Below are positions 15,710 through 25,123 of a stretch of 64,000 bases of DNA, piece after piece. Source of the DNA: Lysobacterales bacterium (GTDB lineage: Bacteria; Pseudomonadota; Gammaproteobacteria; Xanthomonadales; Xanthomonadaceae); the NCBI GenBank assembly GCA_020442465.1, contig JAGRJY010000006.1, forward strand, positions 19,938 to 83,937. The letters are read 5' to 3'. Numbering within the stretch: position 1 is the stretch's first letter; each line of letters opens with the position of its first letter. Made by a program: the position numbers and the translations under genes. The notes under the pieces were generated by a model that saw only the letters and a program-made list of their open reading frames with translations, was not told where the DNA came from and did no database searches.

Positions 15710-18493
15710 GTGCAAATGATCGGTTACGATCGGATCGCAAGCAACCTCGCCGCGCGTGGCGCGGATCGGGCCAGGGGTCGATTGAGCCAGGAAAGCCTGC
15801 CAACCCAGAGCGTCGAAGCCACCAGCCCCACTTCGCCGGCTGGCGACCATCTGCCGCGTGGTGCGCGCATCGGCCCCTATCGCATCGAGGAGCTGCTCGG
15901 CGCCGGCGGCATGGGAGAGGTCTACCGGGCCGAACAACTCGAGCCGGTGCGCCGGACGGTCGCGCTCAAGCGCATGCGCTCGCGTGCGCTCGATCTCCAT
16001 CAGCGCGCGTTCTTCGAGGTCGAGCGCCAGCTGCTCGCGCAAATGCGCCACCCCGGCATCGCCCAGGTCTTCGATGCCGGCACCACCGCAGAGGGCGACC
16101 CGTACTTCGCGATGGAGCTGATCGAGGGCAGCCCGATCACCGACTGGTGCGACCTGCATGCGCTGAACCTCGACGCGCGACTGCGGCTGTTCGCCAAGGT
16201 CTGCGCCGCCGCCCAGCACGCTCACCAGAAAGGCGTCATCCACCGCGACATCAAGCCGGGCAACATTCTGGTGGCGGAAGTCGACGGCGCACCGATGCCG
16301 AAGATCATCGACTTCGGTATCGCCACGGCGAGCGGCAGCGACCAGCGTGAGCGCGCCGGCACCCCCGACTACATGAGTCCCGAGCAGACCGTCGCCGGCG
16401 CCGACATCGACACGCGCAGCGATGTCTATGCGCTGGGGGTGGTGCTGTGCGAGCTGCTGACCAGCCAGCGTCCGGCCGATTCGTCGACTTCGGGCACCGG
16501 GAGCAGTCGCGCCCACACCGAGACCAAGCCGCCCTCGCAGCGACTGGCCGATCTCGGTCCGGAGCGCGCCACCCGCCGCGCGGCCATGCTCGGCATCAGC
16601 CCGGGCCGTCTGCGTCATCTGCTGCGGCACGAACTGGACTGGGTGGTGCTCAAGGCCGTCGCCCAGGATCGCAACGAACGCTACGCCTCGGCGGCGGCGC
16701 TGGCCGACGACCTGCAGCGCTACCTCGACGCCAAGCCGCTTGAGGCCGTGCCGCGAAGCTGGGTGTACACCGCCGGCAAGTATCTGCGCCGTCATCGGGT
16801 GGCGGCAGTCAGCGGCGGCCTCGTGCTGGCCGCGCTCGTCGCCGGCCTCGCGGCGGCCCTGCAGGGCCTGACCGAGGCCGAAGCACAGCGCGCCGTGGCC
16901 GAGCAACGCCTGCAGGATCTCGAACGCGTCTCGACCTTCCAGCGTTCGCTGCTGGAACGCCTCGACATCGGCGCGATGGGACAGACGTTGCAGCAGTCGC
17001 TGCGCGAGCAGGCGCTGCAGTCGCTGCAGCAGCGCCCGATCGAAGGCCTCGACGGCGAGCATTTCGAGCAACTCGCGCTGCGCTGGAACGCCACCGACAT
17101 CGCTCGCGAACTGGTCAACCGGCACGTCCTCGCCGACGCCGAGGCCAGCATCGAGCGCAGCTTCGGCGGCAACCCGCGGGTGGCGTCCGACCTGCAGAGC
17201 GCCCTGGCCGAGCTCTACATGACGATCGGGCTGTGGGACGAGGCCGTACGATTGCACCGCAGCGTGCTCGCCACGCGCTCCTCGCTGTTCACCACCGAAG
17301 ACGACAAGGTGCTGGAAACCCAGTCCCTGCTCGGCCATGCGCTCAGCCGGGCCGGCGACGCGGACGCGGCGATGGCGGTGATGGCGCCCGCGATCAAGCA
17401 GGTCGAATCGCGTCCGACCGATGATCCGATCCGGGTGCGCCTGTTGATCCACCATGCCCAGGCGCTCTCCGACCTGGGCCGCAGCGCCGAGGCGATTGCC
17501 GGGCTGGAGTCGATCAACACGGCTCTTCAGGCACTCGATACCGCCGAGCCCGGGCACCGCGAACTGGTGATCAACAACCTCGGCATCGCCCTGTTCCGCG
17601 CGGGCGAGCGGGATCGCGCGGTCGGGCTGATGGAAGCGCTGCTGGAACTGCGCCGTGACCGCCTCGGCCCTGAACATGCCGATACGCTGGCGACGCAGGC
17701 CAACCTGGGCAACATGATGGCGGTACATGGCGACCTCGAGCGTGCGCTCGAGGTGCAGCGCGGCGTCGCGGAACTGCATCGACGCACGCTGGGCGATGAG
17801 CATCCGCTGACGCTCGGAGACCGCAACAACGTGGCTGCCACCCTGATCTCACTGGGCCGGCTCGAAGAGGCCGAGCCCGAGCTGCGTGACGTGTACGAGC
17901 TGCGCAGCCGCGTGCTCGGCCCGTTCCATCCCATGACCCTGCGTTCGGCCGTCAACCTCGCCGCCCTGCACGCCGAGCGCGGCGACGACGCCACCGCGAT
18001 CGAGATCCAGCGCGACGTGTGGCAACGCCGCCAGGCACTGCTTGGCGCCGAACATCCGGACACGCTCGGCGCGGCGATGAATCTGGCCTCGAGTTTGAGC
18101 AACGTGGGCCGACTGGAGGAGGCCAAGGCCATCGCGGTGCCGCACCAGCACCTGCGCGAGCGCGTGCTCGGCCCGCAGCATCCCGACACCCTGACCTCGC
18201 TGGAAGTGCTGGCCGATATCGCTCGCCAGGAAGGCGACATCGACACGGCGCGCACGCATCTCGAAGCGGCACTGTCGGGCTGGGAGGCGCAGTTCGGTCG
18301 CGAGCGCCCGCAGACCCTGCTCAGCGCGGCGCGTCTGGTCGAGCTGGAGCGAACGGCTCGCCCCGAACGCGCCGCCGTGCTTCAGGCACGCTATCTCGAT
18401 CCGTTTCTCGATCAGCCCGAAGATCAGCTGCCGCCGCCGCTGCGCAACGCGCGCAAGGCGGTCGAGCAGCGTCTCGGCATCCGATCCGATTGA
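15710..18493 (+). CDS. Hanks-type Ser/Thr kinase with TM segment and TPR repeats
   Basis: GAGGMGEVY, VALK, HRDIKPGN, DFG, YMSPEQ; LGxEHPxTL repeats; exact start uncertain. Confidence 0.9.
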   Translation: MQMIGYDRIASNLAARGADRARGRLSQESLPTQSVEATSPTSPAGDHLPRGARIGPYRIEELLGAGGMGEVYRAEQLEPVRRTVALKRMRSRALDLHQRAFFEVERQLLAQMRHPGIAQVFDAGTTAEGDPYFAMELIEGSPITDWCDLHALNLDARLRLFAKVCAAAQHAHQKGVIHRDIKPGNILVAEVDGAPMPKIIDFGIATASGSDQRERAGTPDYMSPEQTVAGADIDTRSDVYALGVVLCELLTSQRPADSSTSGTGSSRAHTETKPPSQRLADLGPERATRRAAMLGISPGRLRHLLRHELDWVVLKAVAQDRNERYASAAALADDLQRYLDAKPLEAVPRSWVYTAGKYLRRHRVAAVSGGLVLAALVAGLAAALQGLTEAEAQRAVAEQRLQDLERVSTFQRSLLERLDIGAMGQTLQQSLREQALQSLQQRPIEGLDGEHFEQLALRWNATDIARELVNRHVLADAEASIERSFGGNPRVASDLQSALAELYMTIGLWDEAVRLHRSVLATRSSLFTTEDDKVLETQSLLGHALSRAGDADAAMAVMAPAIKQVESRPTDDPIRVRLLIHHAQALSDLGRSAEAIAGLESINTALQALDTAEPGHRELVINNLGIALFRAGERDRAVGLMEALLELRRDRLGPEHADTLATQANLGNMMAVHGDLERALEVQRGVAELHRRTLGDEHPLTLGDRNNVAATLISLGRLEEAEPELRDVYELRSRVLGPFHPMTLRSAVNLAALHAERGDDATAIEIQRDVWQRRQALLGAEHPDTLGAAMNLASSLSNVGRLEEAKAIAVPHQHLRERVLGPQHPDTLTSLEVLADIARQEGDIDTARTHLEAALSGWEAQFGRERPQTLLSAARLVELERTARPERAAVLQARYLDPFLDQPEDQLPPPLRNARKAVEQRLGIRSD

Positions 18494-18524
18494 TCAGGGC
18501 GGTCGGCTCGCGTCGGCCCGGGGC

Positions 18525-19370
18525 TCAGTCGCCGTCCTTCTCCGACGCATACAGGATGTTGCGCAGCAGCGGCGCCGGTATGCGCTCGCGGCCGGCACCC
18601 AGGCAGGTCTGCAGCAGCTGGCCGAGCACTTTCTGCAGACGCTCGGCCTGACGCGACAGATAAGCCGTGCTCGATTCGTCCATGTATGTGCACTGCGCGA
18701 GCTCGAGCTGCACCGCGTCGACACCCGCCGAGGGGTCGCCGTAGTGGCGGGTGATGAAGCCACCCTTGAAGCGACCGTTGATCACCCAGGTGTACTCATC
18801 CTGGCTGGCGCAGACCGACAGCAGCCGACCCTGCAGCCAGCTTGAACAACTCGCTCCATCGGCGGTGCCCAGATTGAGATCGGGCAGCGCACCGTCGAAC
18901 AGGAAAGGCACCACCGAACGAATCGAGTGCCCTTCCCACAGCACGACCTGACCATGCAAGGTCACCAGGCGGTCGAGTTCCTCGGCCAGCGCGCTGTGAT
19001 AGGGACGCCAGTAGCGCTCGACGCGCTCGGCGATCTCCTCCGGGCCCGGCTGCTCGCCATCGAGATAGACCGGCTCGCCGGAGAACTGGGTGACCGGGCA
19101 CAGCCCGGTGGTGTTCTTGCCCGGATAGAGGCTGGTGTCACTGGGCGGCCGGTTCAGGTCGACCACGTAGCGCGAGTAGTGCGGCGTCAGGATCGACGCC
19201 CCCAGTTCGCGGGCAAATCCGTACAGCCGCGACACATGCCAGTCGGTGTCGGGCACGCTGCGCGCGGCGGGTCGCATGCGGCGCAGCAGCCGCTCGGGCA
19301 CGACGATGCCGTCGTGCGGCAGACTCACCAGCAGGGGCGCACGGCCGCGATGGAGAGTGAACACGTTCAT
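18525..19370 (-). CDS. hutG: N-formylglutamate deformylase
   Basis: LLVSLPHDG, DTDWHV, SRYVVDLNR, GHSIRS, NGRFKGGFITRHYG, QLEL. Confidence 0.88.
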   Translation of the reverse strand: MNVFTLHRGRAPLLVSLPHDGIVVPERLLRRMRPAARSVPDTDWHVSRLYGFARELGASILTPHYSRYVVDLNRPPSDTSLYPGKNTTGLCPVTQFSGEPVYLDGEQPGPEEIAERVERYWRPYHSALAEELDRLVTLHGQVVLWEGHSIRSVVPFLFDGALPDLNLGTADGASCSSWLQGRLLSVCASQDEYTWVINGRFKGGFITRHYGDPSAGVDAVQLELAQCTYMDESSTAYLSRQAERLQKVLGQLLQTCLGAGRERIPAPLLRNILYASEKDGD

Positions 19371-19415
19371 GCCCCGAGTGTACGCCTTCGATGGCGGGGG
19401 CTGGCAGCCCGTCGC

Positions 19416-20663
19416 TCAGGCGAAACGCTCGACCCGGTAGGGCGCGGCATCGAACTCGGCATCGCGACCGCACAGCCTGTCCACCACCAGATCCGCGGTG
19501 GCTGCGGACATGCTGACGCCGAGCATGCCGTGACCGGTGGCCAGCACGATATCGGGCGCGTCCGGCAGCGGGCCGATCAGGGGCAGGTCGTCCCAGGTCA
19601 TGGGCCGCCATCCATGCCAGGCTTCGCCCCGTGCGCGATCGACCGGCAGGTCGAGATACTCCTGTGCGCCACGCGCCAGCGCATCCAGGCGCACGGGATT
19701 GGGGCTGTCGTTGTAGCCGGAGAATTCCATGGTGCTGCCGAGGCGGAACCCGTCCGCCCACGTGGTCACGCACACCGCGCGCTCGCGCAGCACCATCGGC
19801 ATCGCCGGCGCGCTTGCGGGGCGCTCGAAGGTCAGCGAATAGCCCTTGCCGGGCTGCAGCGGAATCGGCACGCCGAGGTCCGCCGCGAAGCGCGGCGACC
19901 AGGCGCCGGTCGCCAGCACGATCTTGCCCGCGCCCAGCCATTGGCCGTCCGCCAGCTGAACCCGCTTGCCGCGGCGGTCGATACGGACGACCTCGGCGGA
20001 TCCGCGAATCGTGCCCTGATCTGCCTCGATGAGGCGCACCAGCTCCGCCACGAGCCTGTCCGGACGCAGGCAGGCGTCGTCGGGAAAATGGATGCCGCCG
20101 GCAACCGCGTCGCGCAGCAGCGGCTCACGCCGATGCATGGTCGCGGCATCCAGGACCTCGAAGCGAATGCCCAGCTGCGCGAGCGGCGCATGCGCGGCAC
20201 AGTGCGCGTCGAATGCCGCCGCATCGCGGTAGGCGTAGAGCAAGCCCGAGGATTCGAAACCGCACGCCACCGCCTCGCGTTCGATCCAGTGCTGCAGGCG
20301 CTGACGGGACGCATTCAGCAGGTCGGCTTTGGCCCGCGCCGCCTGCCACCAGTCGCGCTGGTTGCTGCGCCCGGCGAATTTCCACAACCAGCGCCACAGA
20401 TCCGGATCCCAACGCAACGGGATGTACAGTGGCGCGTCGGGCCGGAAGGTCCATCCCAGCGCCTTGCGAATCACGCCCGGCGCGGCCAGTGGCGGCGCGT
20501 GGCTGGGCGTGATGGTGCCGCAATTGCCGTGCGAAGCGCCGGCACCGGGGTGCGCGCGATCAACGACGCAGACCGACCGGCCCGCGCGCAGCAGCCGGTG
20601 CGCGATCGACAGCCCGATCACGCCGGCACCCACCACCAGCACGTCGGGACGCTCAGCCTGCAC
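19416..20663 (-). CDS. FAD-dependent D-amino acid dehydrogenase (DAO family)
   Basis: VVGAGVIG, ASHGNCG, PGKGYS, GWRPMT, ATGHGMLG. Confidence 0.85.
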   Translation of the reverse strand: MQAERPDVLVVGAGVIGLSIAHRLLRAGRSVCVVDRAHPGAGASHGNCGTITPSHAPPLAAPGVIRKALGWTFRPDAPLYIPLRWDPDLWRWLWKFAGRSNQRDWWQAARAKADLLNASRQRLQHWIEREAVACGFESSGLLYAYRDAAAFDAHCAAHAPLAQLGIRFEVLDAATMHRREPLLRDAVAGGIHFPDDACLRPDRLVAELVRLIEADQGTIRGSAEVVRIDRRGKRVQLADGQWLGAGKIVLATGAWSPRFAADLGVPIPLQPGKGYSLTFERPASAPAMPMVLRERAVCVTTWADGFRLGSTMEFSGYNDSPNPVRLDALARGAQEYLDLPVDRARGEAWHGWRPMTWDDLPLIGPLPDAPDIVLATGHGMLGVSMSAATADLVVDRLCGRDAEFDAAPYRVERFA

Positions 20664-20743
20664 GTGCGCCGGCCGGTTCGGTCCGCGAGGCAGAGGTCGG
20701 CTGTCCTGGTCTCAGCCGCTCTGCGCGCATCCGAGGTTTCGTG

Positions 20744-21241
20744 TCAGTCGTGGTGATGACCACCAGCACCGTGGGCGTGCCCGTGCGCGCGCTCCTCCTC
20801 GGTGGCTTCGCGCACGTCGACCACGTCGACGGCGAACTTGAGGGTCTTGCCTGCCATCGGATGATTGAGGTCGACGTCGACCACGCTCATGCCGACCTTC
20901 AGGACGGTGACCAGCCGCGCACCCTGGTCGGTACTGACCGCCGTCTGCATGCCCGGCTTGAGTTTGGCCGGATCGCGAAAGTACTTCTTCGGCACGCGCT
21001 GGACGAAATTCGGACGCAGCGGCCCGTAGGCCTGCTCCGGCTCGATCTCGACCTCGAACTGCTCACCCGCGGCCTTGCCGATCAGGGCGGCCTCGAGGCC
21101 GGGAATGATGCCGCCGTGACCGAGCAGCACCGCCAGCGGCTCGCCGCCCACATGCGAGCTCTCGATGTCGGCGCCCGAACCGGCACCGCCCTCGGCCACG
21201 CGGTAGTGAAAACGGACGACGGTATTGGCGGCGGCTTGCAT
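20744..21241 (-). CDS. slyD: FKBP-type peptidyl-prolyl isomerase
   Basis: IIPGLEAAL, VDLNHPMAGKTL, His-rich tail. Confidence 0.9.
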   Translation of the reverse strand: MQAAANTVVRFHYRVAEGGAGSGADIESSHVGGEPLAVLLGHGGIIPGLEAALIGKAAGEQFEVEIEPEQAYGPLRPNFVQRVPKKYFRDPAKLKPGMQTAVSTDQGARLVTVLKVGMSVVDVDLNHPMAGKTLKFAVDVVDVREATEEERAHGHAHGAGGHHHD

Positions 21242-21499
21242 GACGGTTCTCGATGTCGGCGGAATGCGGGGCGCGATGCTACCGCGGGCATGCCGCCGAG
21301 GCCAGCCGCGACGCGTCGGCGTCGGCGGCAGCGAAACCCACTGCGCTGCGGCCCGCTCCGGAACGCTTCGGCGGGACAGCGATGGCGGTGGACCAGCCCT
21401 CGCTGGCGCGGGCGGCGCAAGACAGTTTCCCGAGGCGGCCTCTGGCGGCGCGCTACCGGACCTGCGCTGTCCTGACGTCGGGCAGGCCGCGCTCAGCGA

Positions 21500-22390
21500 T
21501 CAACGTGGCTGCATCGACGCCGTCTTGTGCTTGGCACGCAGACGGATCAGCGCAGCGGCCACGGCGCCGTCGTGAGCGCGGCAGCGCTTCCGGCGCTCCT
21601 TCTCCAATTCGCGGCGCAAGGCGTGCGTGGCTTTCTCACCCGCGGCATGACGCAGCGCCGAGCGGGTCAGCCAGAGGTCGCCTTCGATCCCCAGCTTGCG
21701 TGCCAGCTCCTGCAGCTCGCGGGCATAGCGATCCTGCCTGCGGCAGAGCTGTGAGGCCTCGACACGCATCACTGCATAGCGGCGCAGCAGCCTGCGCGCC
21801 TCGTGTCGACTGGTGCGCTGGTCATGGCCCAGCGCTGTCTTCAGGGCCTGTCGTGCGCGCATCCTGGCCCGATCCACGGTTTCGGCCAGATCGCCCGCGG
21901 TCAGACCGCTTGCCGAAAGCTTGAGCGTGGTGCGGCGAAGTCGGTCGAACTGCTCCGTCAGGTGCGTCCAGAAGGCCTGGTCGTGCTTGCGCCAGACCGC
22001 TGCCAGCGCCTCGGTCAACGTGATCTCGGCGGCGCGCAGTGCCGCCTGGCCCTCGGCGTCGCCCTGTTTCTTCAGCTGGGCCTGCACCAGCTCGAGCCGC
22101 ACGGCGGCATCGCGCAGGCGGCCCATTCGTCGACGCAGTCGCTTCCAGCGCGCGTCGACGCGTTTCAACCGCATCGGATCGAGCGGCCGGATCAGCCGCA
22201 GCCATCCGCGCACGCGCTGGATAGCCTTGCGCGCGCGGTGCACGCCGCGGTCTTCCCCGGCGATGGCGCGCTCCAGCTCCCTGCCCAGGTCGGCAAGGTC
22301 GGCGGCGAGGCGCTTGTGCCAGCGCGCGCCAAGATCGATGGTCGGGTGCGAGGCCAGGTTTCCTGCATGCGGTGCGGGAGCGTTCGCCAC
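21500..22390 (-). CDS. CHAD domain protein
   Basis: VHRARKAIQRVRGWLRL and RHEARRLLRRY motifs; Arg-rich helical. Confidence 0.75.
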   Translation of the reverse strand: MANAPAPHAGNLASHPTIDLGARWHKRLAADLADLGRELERAIAGEDRGVHRARKAIQRVRGWLRLIRPLDPMRLKRVDARWKRLRRRMGRLRDAAVRLELVQAQLKKQGDAEGQAALRAAEITLTEALAAVWRKHDQAFWTHLTEQFDRLRRTTLKLSASGLTAGDLAETVDRARMRARQALKTALGHDQRTSRHEARRLLRRYAVMRVEASQLCRRQDRYARELQELARKLGIEGDLWLTRSALRHAAGEKATHALRRELEKERRKRCRAHDGAVAAALIRLRAKHKTASMQPR

Positions 22391-22401
22391 CGTCCGGGCC
22401 C

Positions 22402-22851
22402 TCAGAATGGCTTGCCGAGCACGAGGTAGATCAGGGCCAGCAGGAGCACCACCGGAATCTCGTTGAACCAGCGCAGCTGCTTCGACGTGGGCAAGGCGCC
22501 GCCCGCCGCACTGCGCTTGACCCAGCGACCGGCCACGATGAAGTGCGCAAGCAGAAGGCCGACCAGCACGAGCTTCGCGTGCATCCAGCCGGTGCCGGGG
22601 GCGACGACCGGTGGCAGGGCATCGATCCAGCGCGGACCGAGCCAGAGCAGCAGACCGAATCCGAATCCAATGCCGAAGATCGTGTGCCCGAAGCGGTACA
22701 GGCGGCGCCCCATGAGCTGCAATCGTGCCCGCACCGCTTCCGGCTGGTCTGCCGTTTCAGCCAGATTCACCAGGATGCGCGGCAGATAGAACACGGCCGC
22801 CATCCAGCTGATCACGAACAGGAGATGCAGGGACTTGGTCAGGACGTACAT
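22402..22851 (-). CDS. HemJ/CopD-family membrane protein (putative protoporphyrinogen oxidase)
   Basis: KSLHLLFVISWMAAVFYLPRI, WMHAKL, RWFNEIP, GKPF. Confidence 0.8.
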   Translation of the reverse strand: MYVLTKSLHLLFVISWMAAVFYLPRILVNLAETADQPEAVRARLQLMGRRLYRFGHTIFGIGFGFGLLLWLGPRWIDALPPVVAPGTGWMHAKLVLVGLLLAHFIVAGRWVKRSAAGGALPTSKQLRWFNEIPVVLLLALIYLVLGKPF

Positions 22852-23071
22852 GCGTGGCGTTCGGCAGTCGGTTCAACCGGGGGTGCCCGCGGCGGCGGCC
22901 ACGGCCAGCGGGGATCGCAGACCATAACAGGATCGCGATGGCGTGATGTGTATGCTTGGTCCGCCGTGCCCGGCGCGTCTTGATCCCGATCAAGGACGCC
23001 ACGCCGGGTCGACACGACCCGCACGGGCGTGCGGACGCGGCCGCCACATCCCCACGAGCACCGAGCAGCCC

Positions 23072-23917
23072 ATGAAATTCCAAGGTACCGATCGCTACGT
23101 CGCCACCGACGCCCTCAAGCTGGCCGTCAATGCGGCGATCACCCTGCAGCGGCCGCTACTGATCAAGGGCGAACCCGGCACCGGCAAGACCTTGCTCGCC
23201 GAGGAACTGGCCCGCGCGACCGGCGCACCGCTAATTACCTGGCACGTGAAGTCGACGACGAAGGCGCACCAGGGCCTCTACGAGTACGACGCCGTCAGCC
23301 GCCTGCGCGATTCCCAGCTGGGCGACCCGAGGGTCGAGGATGTCCGCCACTACATCCGCCGCGGCAAGCTCTGGGAAGCGTTCGAATCGGAACAGCGGGC
23401 CGTGCTGCTGATCGACGAGATCGACAAGGCCGACATCGAGTTTCCGAACGACCTGCTGCAGGAACTCGACCGCATGGAGTTCTACGTCTACGAGACCGAC
23501 GAAACCGTCCGCGCGAAACACCGTCCGGTGATCGTGATCACGTCGAACAACGAGAAGGAACTGCCCGACGCGTTCCTCCGCCGCTGCTTCTTCCACTACA
23601 TCGCCTTCCCCGACCGCGCGACCCTGGAACAGATCGTCGCGGTGCACCACCCCGACATCGAGAAACACCTGGTCGACCGCGCACTGGAAGTGTTCTTCGA
23701 CCTGCGCGAGGTGCCGGGGCTGAAGAAGAAGCCGAGTACCTCCGAGCTGATCGACTGGCTGAAGCTGCTGCTGTCCGACCGCATCCCCGCCGCGGCGCTG
23801 ATCGAGCGCGACCCGGCGAAGGCGATCCCGCCGCTGTACGGTGCGCTGATCAAGAACGAGCAGGACGTGCAGCTGCTCGAACGCCTCGCCTTCATGCACC
23901 GGCGTGCTGCGCGCTGA
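23072..23917 (+). CDS. MoxR-family AAA+ ATPase
   Basis: GEPGTGKT, LLIDEIDKAD, LPDAFLRRC. Confidence 0.92.
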   Translation: MKFQGTDRYVATDALKLAVNAAITLQRPLLIKGEPGTGKTLLAEELARATGAPLITWHVKSTTKAHQGLYEYDAVSRLRDSQLGDPRVEDVRHYIRRGKLWEAFESEQRAVLLIDEIDKADIEFPNDLLQELDRMEFYVYETDETVRAKHRPVIVITSNNEKELPDAFLRRCFFHYIAFPDRATLEQIVAVHHPDIEKHLVDRALEVFFDLREVPGLKKKPSTSELIDWLKLLLSDRIPAAALIERDPAKAIPPLYGALIKNEQDVQLLERLAFMHRRAAR

Positions 23918-23926
23918 GACCGATCG

Positions 23927-25099
23927 ATGCTGCTGGGGCTATTCGAATCGCTGCGCGCCGCCAGGCTGCCGGTGAGCCTGCGTGAATGGGTCGACCTGTG
24001 CGCGGCGCTTGACGCCGACCTCGCCTTCGCCGACATCGACGCGTTCTATGCGCTGTCGCGAACGATCCTGATCAAGGACGAGCGCCACTTTGACCGGTTC
24101 GACCAGGTCTTCGGCGCCTACTTCCGCGGGGTGCAGAGCATCGATCTCGCCGACGCCGCGCAGATTCCCGAAGACTGGCTGCGGCAATCGCTGCAGCGCC
24201 TGCTGACCGATGCGGAGAAGGCACAGATCGAGGCCCTCGGTCTGGACAAGCTGATGGAGGAGTTCCGCAAGCGGCTGGAAGAGCAGCAGGGTCGTCACCA
24301 GGGCGGCAACCGCTGGATCGGCACCGGCGGCAGCTCACCGTTCGGCGCCGGTGGCTACCACCCGCAAGGCATCCGCGTCGGACCGAAAGGCGGCGCCCGC
24401 TCGGCGGCGAAGGTGTGGGAGCAGCGCCAGTTCCGCAACTACGACGAGAACGCCGATCTCAGCCCGCGCAACCTGCAGATCGCCCTGCGTCGGCTGCGCC
24501 GCTTCGCCCGCACCGGCGCGCCCGAGGAACTCGATATCGACGGCACCATCGACGCCACCGCGCGCGAAGGCGGACTGCTCGACATCAAGCTGCGGCCCGA
24601 GCGCCACAACGCGGTCAAGGTGCTTCTGTTCCTCGACGTCGGTGGATCGATGGACGATCACGTCTATGCCGCCGAAGCGCTGTTCAACGCCTGCAAGAAC
24701 GAGTTCAAGCGCCTGGAGCATTTCTACTTCCACAACTTCGTCTACGACTCGGTCTGGCGCGACAACGCACGTCGTTTCAGCGAGCGCACGAAGACGCTGG
24801 AGATCCTGCGCACCTTCAATCCGGACTACAAGGTCGTCTTCGTCGGCGACGCGGCGATGGCTCCCTACGAAATCACCCATCCCGGCGGCAGCATCGAGGG
24901 CTGGAACGAAGAGGCCGGCGAGGCCTGGTTTCGCCGCATCAAGCAGCGCTTCCGCAAGCTGGTCTGGATCAACCCCTCGCCGGTGCAGAGCTGGGGCTAT
25001 ACCAGCTCGACCCAGATCGTGCGCCAGCTGGTCGAAGACCGGATGTACAGCCTCAGCCCGGAAGGACTGACCGAGGCGATGCGCGTGCTTGCCAAGTAG
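23927..25099 (+). CDS. VWA-domain protein (CoxE-like partner of MoxR)
   Basis: LDVGGSMD MIDAS-like motif, FVGDAAM; immediately downstream of MoxR. Confidence 0.88.
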   Translation: MLLGLFESLRAARLPVSLREWVDLCAALDADLAFADIDAFYALSRTILIKDERHFDRFDQVFGAYFRGVQSIDLADAAQIPEDWLRQSLQRLLTDAEKAQIEALGLDKLMEEFRKRLEEQQGRHQGGNRWIGTGGSSPFGAGGYHPQGIRVGPKGGARSAAKVWEQRQFRNYDENADLSPRNLQIALRRLRRFARTGAPEELDIDGTIDATAREGGLLDIKLRPERHNAVKVLLFLDVGGSMDDHVYAAEALFNACKNEFKRLEHFYFHNFVYDSVWRDNARRFSERTKTLEILRTFNPDYKVVFVGDAAMAPYEITHPGGSIEGWNEEAGEAWFRRIKQRFRKLVWINPSPVQSWGYTSSTQIVRQLVEDRMYSLSPEGLTEAMRVLAK

Positions 25100-25123
25100 C
25101 GCGACGCCCCGGTCCGGCGTGAC

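Noticed and set aside
23072-25099. MoxR-VWA pair as a novel system
   Set aside because: A common, well-known chaperone-like gene pair with nothing unusual in this context.
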